Numbered from the stretch's first letter, positions 25,333 through 38,224 are shown. The stretch is DNA of 64,000 nucleotides from Octopus sinensis (GCF_006345805.1 NC_043001.1:128836001-128900000), one strand, 5' to 3'. The notes: generated by a model from the letters alone, not told the origin. Program-made: numbers and translations.

Positions 25333-27403
25333 TATAATAATAATAATAATGATATTTGTAAGCCTTTCTAATTTGCCACAAGTCTGTCAAGGGGAGAACA
25401 TTACAGTACAATAAGAAAAGCATGTTACCATGCGCATGCACACAAATACACACATATGCACACACACAAATGTGCTTGTGTGTGTGAGTGCGTGCGTGTG
25501 TGTGTGTGTGAGTGTGTGTATGTGTGCATGGTAATATATATACTCTTATGCCTTTATATCTATCTGTTATCTGACTATCTATATGTGTATATTAGTATGC
25601 CTGTGTGTACATGCGTATGTATGTATGTATGTATGAATGTATGTGTGTGTACATGAACATATATATATATATATACTTACACACACATATATATATACAT
25701 GCACACATACACACACATATATATATATACACATGCACACACACACACACGCACATGAATACATATTCCCGCATCAATACATATGTATATGATACAGTAC
25801 AATAGACGATAACAATAAAAACAATAACAAAAACGATGATGATAATGATGATAATGATAATAATAATAATAATGACAGTAACAACAAAAACAATCAAAAT
25901 TAAATAAATAATTAAAATGAAATCAAACTTCAATCAAGACTCTTGCTGAAAATATACCTCCAGGAAAACCTGATTCTATCTATTCAATGGAATTTTATGA
26001 TAGATTTTTCAGAATCACTAGTGCGGAAGACAGTTTGCTAGATAAATGGATCAAATGACAGGGAATGTCAGGAACTATAATTCCTGAAAAATGCCTACAG
26101 AGTTATTTGAAAATTCAATGAGAGAGAGAGAGAGGGTGGGGGTGGGGGAGAAATCTAATAACAATTTCAATTTATAGAAAAGTATTTAATATATACATAT
26201 ATAATATACTCTCTCATAATATATTCATAGAAAAACATATGAAAATTAATAATGAAAATTTGAAAAAAATAACAATAATAATTGATATAAATATAGAAGA
26301 AAATTTGAAAATAAAAGTGAAATATAAATGAAAACACTAAATTTATTTGAACTAATTTTGGTTTGTCAAGGATAGTGTGGATTACTACATTAATTATGCT
26401 CCTCTCCACTCTCTGATGTATGGACATTGGGGTTACTGGGTGGGTTCAATGATTAGTAACTGATTAAGAGGCCTGAGTGGTCAGTGGCAGATATACTACC
26501 AGTTTAGTAGAGTTTTCACCTATGGTTAAGATACTTAAGTCCTCTATGGCCAAGTTTACCTAATTTGGAGTAGACATCATAAATGGTTGTTGTTCAATCT
26601 CAGGCCAACTCAAATAAGAAATGTTCGATATATAAATTAATCGAAAATTAAATTTCTTTATTGCTGAGTCTGTTTTTTCATTTTCTTCATTATAACAGAA
26701 TTGTGGTCCTAAAACCAAGGTGCCACATAAAAAGCATTGGTGTGGGTGCTGGTGCCATATAGAAAGTACTGGTAATGGTGCTACACAAAAGGCACCCAGT
26801 ATACTTTGTGAAGTGGTTGGCATTAGGAAGGGCACATAGCCATAGATACCAAGCCCAAACCAACTATGAAACTTGGTGCACCCCCCCCCCCGGCCTTGCC
26901 ATTTCCTGTCAAGCTGTCCAACCTATGCCAGTATGGAAAATGGACATTAAATGTTGTTGATGATGATGATGATGATAATGATGACTTGTTGGATTTGGAA
27001 GAATGAGGCACTGTCTATGACCTGAACAAGATCTCTTAGACCAGTGAAATTGATGTCATCCTTAATGGTTCTCTTGAAACCTTGTAATAAAACTGAGGCG
27101 TAGAGGGAGTTTCAGACAGGTGGTATTCTGGAAAGGAAGGATTGGGGGTAGGGATCAGTACAGACCCTGGGTGGATGGGATTTGGATGCAAGGAGGGTAG
27201 TGATAGAAGAGATGAGTGGGCCAGAATTGTCCAGTTGGAGGGAGCATGATGCCAACCAGATCCAAAGAGCAGAGGTCATTATAATAGGGGTAAAAAAGGC
27301 AGAGAGATGACACAGCATGCCTGTGAGCTAGAAGTTGGAGCATGCGTGTGAGGGACTTTATCCCACTCAGCCAAGTGGCTTTTGCTGGATGCTGTCTAGA
27401 AAG

Positions 27404-27448
27404 CCTAACCCTAACCCTAACCCTAACCCTAACCCTAACCCAAACCCT
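27404..27448. repeat. Short interstitial telomeric tract (CCCTAA)n
   Basis: Five perfect CCCTAA units plus partial or variant flanking units. Confidence 0.9.
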
Positions 27449-27838
27449 TGTTGCTGAATGACACAAGATTGATATAGCTTCATTCAAGGATGCTTTTGAA
27501 GTTTCTGTTCATGGAATCATTGCTGGTTTGGTATGTGGTGTTTATGTTGTGAGCTGGTGGTGCATGTATGGGAATGTTAGGGAGAAAGGATTAGTAGTAT
27601 CATTTGCATAATTGTTGAATATAGTGGACTTTACCCAATCTGAGTAGATATCACGAATGGTTGTTGCTTTTATTGTTAACGAGCAAAACGCCCCCACATC
27701 CAATGGGTGGTGCTGAGTTGTCAAACATTTAAACCAAATTTTCTCAAAACAACTTGTCCGACCATTCCATAGGCCTCCCCTTTGAGAAACACTGATTTAA
27801 CCTAAATTTGAGACACCAGCAAAAGAAGAAATAATGTA

Positions 27839-28075
27839 ACAGCTGATGTACTTGTGCATACAAATGTACGGCTTTATCAATTGCACGGCTTTATCGATCG
27901 CACGGCTTTATCGATCGCATTCTCACCTAGAATCAATTTTTGTAATTATTTCAAGACTTATACACACCCCGATACCGTCGGTATCTACATATCAAATTTG
28001 AGCGCAATCGGATGGAGGATGCCCGAGATCCTGGAAGACACACACACAAACAGAACGGATTTTATATAATAGATG
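27839..28075 (-). mobile_element. Non-autonomous Helitron-like element H3 with internal 17-bp triple repeat
   Basis: A|TC-TATTATATATAAAA 5' end on the minus strand, (ACGGCTTTATCGATCGC)x3 at 27868-27918, hairpin near the 3' end. The CTAG terminus is not intact. Confidence 0.5.
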
Positions 28076-28248
28076 TGTTGCCCCAGATCAAACACACATG
28101 AAGAATGACATCAATATAAAAATGACATTTGTATAAATTAACAAAACCTGAGTTTGAATAAATTTTAGACATCGTGAGTTATTTTAAAGAATATGAATTC
28201 ATTGCTGTGATTTTGAACATAAAATAGTATAAGACATTTTAAGAGATA

Positions 28249-28555
28249 CTAGCAGTATCGCCCAGCCTTGCTTGGGTTTGTAAGGGAAATAACTATATAA
28301 GCATTTTTAGAGAGTTACTTCCCTTATATAACCCGAGCAAAAATCATTAAAAATGCGGAAAAATGATGGTAAATTTTTTTTTAAATCGTAGACTCATCAT
28401 AGACATACGCTAATACCCAGAAGGGCTCGATATGATTGACGACTATAAGATACCATCTTTTGGTTAAACTGCACCGCAAAATGTGGGAGTAGTTAGGAAT
28501 CTAAATCGGAGAAGACAGAGTCTCACACACACAACTTCAATTTTATATATAAAGA
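28249..28555 (-). mobile_element. Non-autonomous Helitron-like element H2
   Basis: Shares both termini with H1 (ACTAGCAGTAT.GCC..GC.TTGCT.GGGTTTGT and CACAACTTCA.TTTTATATAT..AGAT) but has an unrelated interior. Confidence 0.75.
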
Positions 28556-28659
28556 TTTTCAACCACTGTTCCATAGCACATTTGTGTGTCACATATGGTC
28601 TTCAGGAGTGCCATGAATTGAAAATTTGAGTGTAATGGTGCTAGGGTAAGGGTAGAGAA

Positions 28660-28990
28660 CCCCATCAGTCAGGAATTACCATGGGATTGCTCCTAGAAAA
28701 TTACCCTCCAAGGCACAAGTCCAAGTGAAGTTGTCATATGGAAGACCAGCAGCCACCCATGTTTACCAGTCTCCCCTCTTCACACCACTGATGTTATCCA
28801 AAGGAAAGGCAAAAGCTGATACAGCTTGGCAGTAGTGATGTCACAACGCATTTCTACAGCTGAGTGAACTAGAGCAATGTAGAATAAAGTATCTTCTCAA
28901 GAACTACAACACACAGCCCGATCTGGGAAATGAACTCACTACTTCTTGACTGTTAGCCTGATGCTCTAACCATTGAGCCATGCGCTTTCA
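28660..28990 (-). mobile_element. SINE family G
   Basis: tRNA-like head at the right end (GTGAAAGCGCATGGCTCAATGGTTAGAGCATCAGG). Second copy at about 60100-60365. Confidence 0.75.
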
Positions 28991-29034
28991 CTGTAATAGA
29001 GCTAAGTTTGTAAATATTCGAACAGCTGCATTAA

Positions 29035-29243
29035 TCCTTTAACATTTACACTGGCCATACCTGGCCCAAATATTTTACCTGTTTTATGTTCATACTGGTC
29101 CATACATTTATTCTACAATGTCATTTTAAAAATAAACAATCACATCATCAAAATCTTGAAGCTATGAGATAATGTATGATAAATTCTAAACGATGTGAAT
29201 AAATAAGCATTACATTTGACAGAGTAATCAGAATGCTAAAGGG
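29035..29243. mobile_element. TTAA-flanked MITE (piggyBac-type ends)
   Basis: TTAA|TCCTTTAACATT ... AATGCTAAAGGG|TTAA. Confidence 0.75.
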
Positions 29244-29348
29244 TTAAAGGGCTTATTTTTTAAATTTCTTGATACTTTAAAACAGAGATGGATGCATATA
29301 TTGCACTATGCTGCAAAGGAATACATATACACTTATCTGGTGCATTAA

Positions 29349-29883
29349 CCCTTTGGCACTCACATTATTCTGCCAAAGATAATACTAAGTTATTCAATTG
29401 CTTAATATTAAACATGCATCATCTCATACTGAGTGAGTTTTTGGCAATATGATTGTTTATTTTAAGATTGACATTATAGGGTAGGCGTGAGAAACCAGAT
29501 CTGATTTGTTGTTGTTTGTTCCTTCTCGAGCCATGCCTGGCTCATAAGGGCCGGTTTCCTTGGCGTATAGCTTCCCCACCTGGATGGGACGTTGGTCCAT
29601 CGCAGTTGAGCTGCAAGATGCAGGAGGAAGGAGTGAGAGAAAGTTATGGCAAAAGAGTCAGTAGAAGTTCGCCATTACCTTCTGCCAGAGCCGCATGGGG
29701 CTTAGGTGTTTCACTCATAAACACAAACATCGCCCAGTCTGAGATTCGAACCCGTGATCCCTCGACCGCGAGTCTGCTGCACTAACCACTAGGCCATGTA
29801 CCTCCACAACCAGATCTGATTGGTTTGAACATACAACAAGTAGAATATTTTGACAGGATATGGCCACTTTAAATGCTAAAGTG
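29349..29883. mobile_element. TTAA-flanked MITE of the same family, opposite orientation, interrupted by a SINE
   Basis: TTAA|CCCTTTGGCA ... AATGCTAAAGTG|TTAA. The right end is the reverse complement of the left part of 29035-29243. Confidence 0.7.
29507..29807 (-). mobile_element. SINE family E with 14-bp target-site duplication
   Basis: TSD AACCAGATCTGATT at 29493-29506 and 29808-29821. tRNA head GTGGAGGTACATGGCCTAGTGGTTAG..GGTTCGAATCTC and (AAC)n tail. Confidence 0.9.
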
Positions 29884-30043
29884 TTAAAGATATTAAAGTT
29901 TTGAAAATACATTTAGCACTTTTAATCAGTGGGACAAGGATTGATAAAGGTTAAAATTGCTACATTATACACATCAATGTGAAACAGAGAAATGAAACAG
30001 ACCTCAGTAGGACCTAATTGTCTTTAGTATCTCAAATCTTTTT

Positions 30044-30209
30044 AGGAGTGGCTGTGTGGTAAGTAGCTTGCTTACCAACCACATGGTTCCAAGTTCAGTC
30101 CCACTGCATGGTACCTTGGACAAATGTCTTCTACTACAGCCTTGGCCTGACCAAAGCCTTGTGAGTGGATTTGGTAGTCGGAAACTAAAAGAATCCTGTC
30201 GTATATATG

Positions 30210-30240
<31 letters not shown>

Positions 30241-30460
30241 GTGTGTGTATATGTTTGTGTGTCTCTGTTTGTCCCCACCAACATTGCTTGACAACCGATG
30301 CTGGTGTGTTTATGTTCCCTGTAACTTAGCGGTTCGGCAAAAGAGGCTGATAGAATAAGTACTAGGCTTACAAAAAAATAAGTCCTGGGGTCGATTTGCT
30401 TGACTAAAGGCAGTGCTCCAGCATGGCCACAGTCAAATGACTGAAACAAGTAAAAGAGTA
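30044..30460 (+). mobile_element. SINE family A, full length
   Basis: Same layout as the other A copies. Confidence 0.9.
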
Positions 30461-30658
30461 AACTAAAATTTTAGCAAAAGTGATAGGACACTTCATTAAT
30501 TGCTACACCAGTGAATTCATTTTCTAAAATCATTGCTCTGGGTTCAAGTTCTGCCAGGGACAATTTTATATTATTTTGAGGATGATATAAGGTGGTGAGC
30601 CGGCAGAATCACTACTGCATCAGACAGAATGCTTAATGGTATTTCGTCTGTCTTTATG

Positions 30659-30892
30659 AAAGGTGGTGAGCTGGCAGAATTGTTAGCACGCCGAGCGAAA
30701 TGCTTAGCAGTATTTCGTCTTCCACTATGTTCTGAGTTCAAATTCCGCCAAGGTCGACTTTGCCTTTCATCCTTTCAGGGTTGATTAAATAAGTACCTGT
30801 TATGCACTGGGGTCGATATAATTGACTTAATCTGTTTGTCTGTCCTTGTTTGTTCTCTCTGTGTTTAGCCCCTTGTGGGTAGTAAAGAAATA
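30659..30892 (+). mobile_element. SINE B1 inserted into a B2 copy (about 30588-31060) with 21-bp TSD
   Basis: GGTATTTCGT(C/T)TGTCTTTATG at 30638-30658 and 30893-30913. Confidence 0.88.
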
Positions 30893-31274
30893 GGTATTTC
30901 GTTTGTCTTTATGTTCTGAGTTCAAATTCTGCCTATATCAACTTTGCCTTTCATCCATTTGGGGGTTGATGAAATATAATTACCAGTTGAGTATTGATGT
31001 GATCAGCTTACCCACTTCGCACAGACTGCTGGCCTTGCGCCAAAATTAAAACCATTATTTTGAGGGTTGATAACATCAAATTTTTGCAGTATACTAAGGA
31101 TCAATAAATATATTGACAAATAGCCAGAAGAAATAAAATGCAAGACAAACAGACAGATAAAATGGCTGAAAGTAAGAAACAAAGAAAACAATAAGGGAAG
31201 TTTATACATTTAAAGAGAAAAAAAAATCAAGTCAATAAGAACTTCAATTATGAATTTTGAATGAATATATCTAT

Positions 31275-31640
<366 letters not shown>

Positions 31641-31654
31641 TTGCATGTGGCTAT

Positions 31655-32058
31655 AGGCACAGCATGGCTGTGTGGTTTGAAGCTTGCTTCCCAATAACAT
31701 AGTTCCGGGTTCAGTCCCATTCCGTGGCACCTTAGACAAGTGTCTTCTACTATAACTTTGGGCTGATCAAAGCCTTGTGAGTGGATTTAGTGGACAGAAA
31801 CTGAAAGAAGCCCATTGTATATATATGTGTGTGTGTGTGTGTGTATTTGTGTGCGCGTCTGTGTTTGTCCCCCCTACCATCGCTTGACAAGCACTGTTGG
31901 TGTGTTTACGTCCCTGTAACTTAGCAGTTTGGCAAAAGATAACAATAGAATAAGTACTAGGCTTATAATGAATAAGCCCTGGGTTGATTTGTTCGACTAA
32001 AGGCAGTGCTCCAGTATGACCACAGTCAAATGACTGAAACAAGTAAAAGAGTAAAAGA
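31655..32058 (+). mobile_element. SINE family A, full length
   Basis: Same layout as the other A copies. Confidence 0.88.
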
Positions 32059-32078
32059 ATAATACATACATATATATA

Positions 32079-32125
<47 letters not shown>

Positions 32126-32255
32126 GTATATATATATACATACATGCATTTTGAATAGATAAGTCTCTCTCTCAATCTCTCTCTCTCTTTCTAGATGTAT
32201 ATATATGTATATATATGTATATATATGTATATATATATATATATATATACATACA

Positions 32256-34916
32256 CAGTAGTCCCCTGGTATTCGCGGGGTTTACATTCCTAGAGCACCC
32301 ACAAATAGTGAAAAGCACGAATATTGGACATGGTCCATAAAAATGCCTATTAATGTCAAAATATAATGTAGGCTGCCAGACTCGTCTGGCACCTGTGCCG
32401 GTGGCACGTAAAAAGCACCCACTACACTCACGGAGTGGTTGGCGTTAGGAAGGGCATCCAGCCATAGAAACATTGCCAGATCAGACTGGGCCTGGTGCAG
32501 CCTTCTGGCTTACCAGACCCCAGTTGAACCGTCCAACCCATGCTAGCATGGAAAGCGGACGCTAAACGATGATGATGATGATGATGATGAATTTGATATA
32601 AAAATAAAGTAAAATGTATGGTCACTCACCAATAATGAATGATATTGATTTAAGATGATGATGATGAAAATAACGAAGGTAATGACTACATGGCAAAGGA
32701 GATTCAAAGCTCTTCAGGTGACACCTCTTCTTCAGGTGTTTTAGGGGTTGTCATATCTTTGTGCAAAGCTTTCTTGGTGGGTTTGAGGGAAAATGTGTTG
32801 GGAAGTCGTTGTCGTCGTTTCTTCATGGTGGTTAGGAGAGTTTTGTATGTCTGCAAGGCACCACCACCAGTGGTATTTGGAGAGGCCGAATGATATAGGG
32901 ATCCCATACTTTTGCCTTCCCTTGCAATTCCTTTGCTGTCCTTAAAAGGTTGGACAGATGTTCAATAGTCAGGCCCACCTCATCCTCCTCCTCTTCTTCT
33001 TCTGGATCTGGTGCTTCCTCCGCCTCTTTGCTGACAAACTTAGTTAACTCCAACAAATCTTCATCTGTCAGGGTTTCAGAGTGGGCATCGATGAGGTTGT
33101 TGACCTCATCTTGTGTGATGTTGTCAAAGCATTTGCCACCAAGTACCTTTGCCAGTTTCACTGCATTGTTGACAGCTTTGTGTTGAATATCTTCAGATGA
33201 GAAGCCCTTATAGTTCTGGACACACACTGGTCACACCTTCTTCCAGCATACAATTAGGGATTTTTACTTCATGTCTTTAAGAGCAGTGTGGAAGACCAAC
33301 AGGCACATTGCAATGATGAAGGTATGCCAGTACTCCTTTAACCTGAAATTCTCATCTGAATCAATTGCATCCACAAGGTGTTGGAGAGAGTTCTGAGTGT
33401 AAAGTGCCTTGAAGGCATGTGTCACACCTTGATCCATAGGGTGGATGAGGGAGGTGGTGTTGGCAGGGAAGAACTTGACTTGGACTCCATCATGATTCAA
33501 ATCCAAAGAGTGACCACCAGCATTATCTATAACAAGTAACACCTTGAATTCCATGCACATATTTTGGAGGTATTCCTTGGCTTGAGGGATGAAGCATTGG
33601 TGGAACCAATTCAAAGTTAGACTTTTGGTAATTCAGGCCTTGGGGTTGTGCATCCAGTGGATAGGCAGAAGGTTTTTATTCTTACTTTTGAAGGTGCACG
33701 GGTTCACAGGCTTGTAGATAAGTCCTGGTTTCATCATGAAGCCAGCAGCAATGCTACACATAATTACAATTTCCGCTCTTTCTTGTGAATGATGTTATCA
33801 CTCAAGGGGATGTTTTTCTTCTTGCAGTCACTGATCCACAATGCCAAGGCAAATTCCATCCTGACAAAGTGTTTATTTCTTATTGTCACTATCTCTTTGG
33901 CACTTTCACAGAAACTTACTGCTACAGTGGTCGTGACTGCTATCTCATTATGTAATTACATAATTACACATAATTGCTCTGTCCTTCTGTACCTCAAATC
34001 CTGGGGCTCTGGCTTCGTCCTTCATGATGTACCTTCTGGAAGGCATCTTCTTCCAGAACAATCCAGTCTCGTCCATATTGAAAACCTGCTCCAGCTTGTA
34101 CCTCTTGTCCTTAAGGATCTGTCTGAAGGTGTCAAGGTACTTCATGGCAGCTTCTTTGTTGCCTGATGTTGTTTCTCCATGCAGCGAAACATATTTTATT
34201 TTAAACCGTTTCTGGAAACAGTGAAACCAACCCTTGCTGGCTTGAAAATCTTTGGGCTCCGGTGCTGTCAATGGTTTTGATTGCAGTTCTTTGATGCCTT
34301 CTGCTCTGTCTCCTCCATCGAACTGCTGGTATAATTTCTGCTCTTTCTTGTGAATGATGTTACCACTCAAGGGGATGTTTTTCCTCTTGCAGTCACTGAT
34401 CCACAATGCCAAGGCAGATTCCATCCTGACCAAGTGTTTATTTCTCACTGTCATTATCATTTTGGCCCTTTCACAGAAACTTGCTGCTACAGTAGTCCTG
34501 ATTGCTATCTCATTCTTCTTTATGTAGTGCATAGTGCATTTGTCGATACCATAACAGCAACCTACTGCATCATAACTTCTACCTTCCTGGAGCATATCCA
34601 GCAATTGTACCTTCTCATGGAGCATCACAACCTTTTTCTGGCACTTAGGTTCACTGCCAGAAGCTTTAGGTGTAGGGCGTTTGGGTGGCATCTTAGGGCT
34701 TTAATAACATGATGCGAAAAACACAACATTCAATAAAATACTCGAGATAGCTACTGGACACAGTTTTTCTCTGCAAAAAAATGTACAAAAAAATCTTCCT
34801 TGTGCCTAATATGCACGTACCACAAATAGGAGATTGAGCAAGGATTAAAAATAATCATGGCTTTGAAAAATTTAGTTTGTGTTACCACTAGATACAGTAA
34901 TCTATACTATAATAAT

Positions 34917-34954
<38 letters not shown>

Positions 34955-35340
34955 TATGTGTGTGTGTATGTGAAATATACATAGATATTGTTATACTAAT
35001 TAGCAAGCTTTGATTGAAAGCAGGAATAAGAGATACAAGATACAAGATACAATGTACTTGTATCTAAAATAATCAAGCTCTGTGATGTAGGACTATTATA
35101 ATCAGCGGGAGCTTCAACTGTGAAGGGGCGTCCAATAAACCAGCAAATACAGTATATCGTTATTAATAATTTAGCCTTAAAAAGCGTGAAAAAATATATA
35201 TTGCCACGAATGATGTCATAAAAAATTGTGGATGATATTTATGATTCTGTGAATATGCAGTGGTTTCTACGAAACAATCATTCGTTCTGCAAATAACTGG
35301 GACTGTGAATGCTGAACTGCAAATAAGTTGCGGTACACTG
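32256..35340 (-). mobile_element. Tigger/pogo DNA transposon, near full length, decayed
   Basis: Left end CAGTAGTCCCCTGGTATTCGCGG, degenerate right end (reverse complement CAGTGTACCGCAACTTATTTGCAG). It contains a transposase pseudogene, a nested family C copy (32378-32590) and microsatellites. Confidence 0.88.
32640..34691 (-). pseudogene. Tigger/pogo (TIGD1-like) transposase pseudogene
   Basis: MPPKRP..KVQLLDML (CENP-B-type HTH), ESALALWI..FQASKGWFHCFQKR (Tc5 HTH), VFNMDETGLFWKKMP and KVLLVIDNAGGH..FFPANTTSLIHPMDQGV..FKALY (DDE_1), acidic C-terminus. It carries stops, frameshifts and a 200-nt insertion. Confidence 0.93.
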
Positions 35341-35695
35341 CATATAAATATTATTTAATAATCACAATATACATTTTTATGAACTACTAATAGTAGTACT
35401 AATCTCAGATAGCATTTTTAACACATCTGATACCTTTGAATATTGCATAAAAGCACCAGGCATGTTAGAAAATACTGTCTGAGATGTTTTCCTCACACAA
35501 AACTATTAGTAGCTCATAAAAATATATATTGCATTTATTAAAGATTATGGGAGAATCCCAAATGCCGCCCTGTAACTGAAGGTAGACTAACCAATTACAA
35601 TAAATAAGAACCAAGTGAACTGTCAGTTCACTTGGTTGATGGTGTTAGTTCGACTGTGTTAGTTTATTCTGTTAGGTCAACGTGTGTTGGTTTAA

Positions 35696-35916
35696 CTCTT
35701 TTGTTACTGTATTTATTTTGAGATGTTCTGTGTTTCTTTCAATTAATTTAAATATAACAAAGAATTTAGTAAAATCACTTAGTTATCATTCAGCTAGTGT
35801 TAGGAACATAAATTGTGACTAAGGTTTGGTGGAAGATTTGAATTCAAAACTTATGAAAACAAGACATTTGTACTACAGAGCCAGAGCCGGTTTCAGCCGG
35901 GTTGGTAACGAAAGGG
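35696..35916. mobile_element. TTAA-flanked MITE, second family
   Basis: TTAA|CTCTTTTGTTAC ... GTAACGAAAGGG|TTAA. Confidence 0.8.
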
Positions 35917-36376
35917 TTAACAGTCAGTAGTTGAACAGTGAATATTGAGTATCGTATCTATGTTCAAGTAGTATGGTGTGCATTCTGTGTTAACATAAAT
36001 TTCTGTGTTAGGTTGTTTTTAGATAACCACAACCATTTATTTGTGTAATACCATTTTACACCAGATGTGTATACCCACATCATAACATTAAATAATATTT
36101 ATCTGTCACCAGATGGCATATTTTTTGTTGATCTTACCATCATGGAACAGTACACTATATATGTTTATCTCTCACCAGATGGAGTATTTTTCATTCATTT
36201 TTTTATCACAGAAAAGTACATTACATATAGGAGTGACTGTGTGGTGAGCAGCTTGCTTACCAACAACATGGTTCCGGGTTCAGTCCCACTGCATGGCAAG
36301 TGTTTTCTACTATAGCCTCGGGCTGACCAAAGCCTTGTGAGTGGATTTGGTAGATGGAAACTGAAAGAAGCCTATC

Positions 36377-36443
<67 letters not shown>

Positions 36444-36667
36444 TGTGTTTGCTCCACCGCCATTGCTTGGCAACCGAAAAAGCGTGCACTCAATATAAGT
36501 AATAGAGTGAGTAAAATTTAAAAACAAAATAATTTATTAAAAACTATGTTTGGGCCACGTAAAGTTACCAGATGGATTCATATGAGGTCAGACTTTTCTG
36601 AACTGAAAATGTACATACGTATGTATGTATGTATGTTTGTATACGAATGTATGTATGTTTATATAAT

Positions 36668-37091
36668 CTTTACTCTCTTTACTCATTTACTTGTTTCAGT
36701 CATTTGATTGCGGCCATGCTGGGGCACTGCCTTTAGTCGAGCAAATAGACCCCGGGACTTATTCTTTGTAAGCCCAGTACTTATTCTATCGGTCTCTTTT
36801 GCCGAACCACTAAGTTATGGGGATGTAAACACACCAGCATCGGTTGTCAAGCAATGTTGGGGGGAAAAACACAGACACACAAACATATACACATACACAT
36901 ACATGCACACACACACACACACACATATATATGACGGGCTTCTTTCAGTTTCCATCTACCAAATCCATTCACAAGGCTTTGGTTGGCCTGAGGCTATAGT
37001 AGAAGACACTTGCCCAAGGTGCCACGCAGTGGGACTGAACCCCAGAACCATGTGGCTGGTAAGCAAGCTACTTACCACACAGCCACTCCTG
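36668..37091 (-). mobile_element. SINE family A, full length
   Basis: Same layout as the other A copies. Confidence 0.9.
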
Positions 37092-37106
37092 CGCTTATAT
37101 ATATAT

Positions 37107-37151
<45 letters not shown>

Positions 37152-38224
37152 ATATATATGTATGTACATAGGTATGTATGAATGCATATACGTATGCATG
37201 TATGGATAGATCTATCTATCTGCTTGTCTCTATTTCTAGATACAAATATACGTCTCTCTCTCTCTGTCTATCTGTCTGTCTACCTGTCTGCCTTTCTTCT
37301 CCCTCTCTGTGCACGTGTACACACACACACACGTGTATATATGCATATATACACACATGTATATATCCTCACAATCTCTCACACACAAACTATATTTATG
37401 CACTTCAGTTTCTATTATATGGCCATGAGTAATATGTATATCTTTGTATACATTTCCTTATACTTACTTCCATAATCTACCGCCCACTTTTCTTTCTTAT
37501 TTTCTCATAGAAATCTGTGTACGTGAAGAAGAGAAAGAGAAAAAGAGAGAAAGAGAGAGAGAGAACACAAGATATGTAGTGGAGTATAGGACGGTACATG
37601 TATATTAATAAATGATTTCAGAATCCAGTGGAGTGTGCCAGGAAATTTATGTATAAGTCAACATTGAAGATATTAATGTATTTGGTGATAGCACAAAGAC
37701 CATACATAGAGGAAAGCACAAAGATAAATCTCAAAGCAAAATGTTGTTTGTCTGGCTCCTACAGTATTTGTGTTTGCCTAAATCAAAAGTAAAGTTTGGA
37801 ATAGATATTGTACAAATGGCATTATGGAATTATTGGGTTTCTCTCCTCAGGCTAAGAATGAGTATAAGAGTAAATACCGATATTAAATACACACACACAC
37901 ACACACAGAGGCACACACATACACATACAAACATACATACATACATGCATACATACATACATACATACGTACATACATACATACATGCATACATACATAC
38001 ATACATACACACATACATACAATATCCTTGTTCAACGTCGGCCCTCCATACTGGCATGGGTGGGATGGCTTGACAGGAGCCAGCCAGGAAGAAGCCTGCA
38101 ACAGACTTCTGTGAATGTTTTGGCAAGATTTCTACGACTGGATGCCCTTCGTAACACCAACCACTCAGTAGGGTGGACTTATATATATATACATATATAT
38201 ACACAGACACATACATATATACAT

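Noticed and set aside
25930-26090. Protein-like plus frame TLAENIPPGKPDSIYSMEFYDRFF..KWIK* and an overlapping minus-strand acceptor/donor pair
   Set aside because: The plus frame has no usable splice sites and the minus exon has stops in all frames.
27760-28620. Possible hAT ends (GAGAAACACTG at about 27800; TTTCAACCACTGTTCC at about 28557)
   Set aside because: I could not pair them as TIRs or find an 8-bp TSD.
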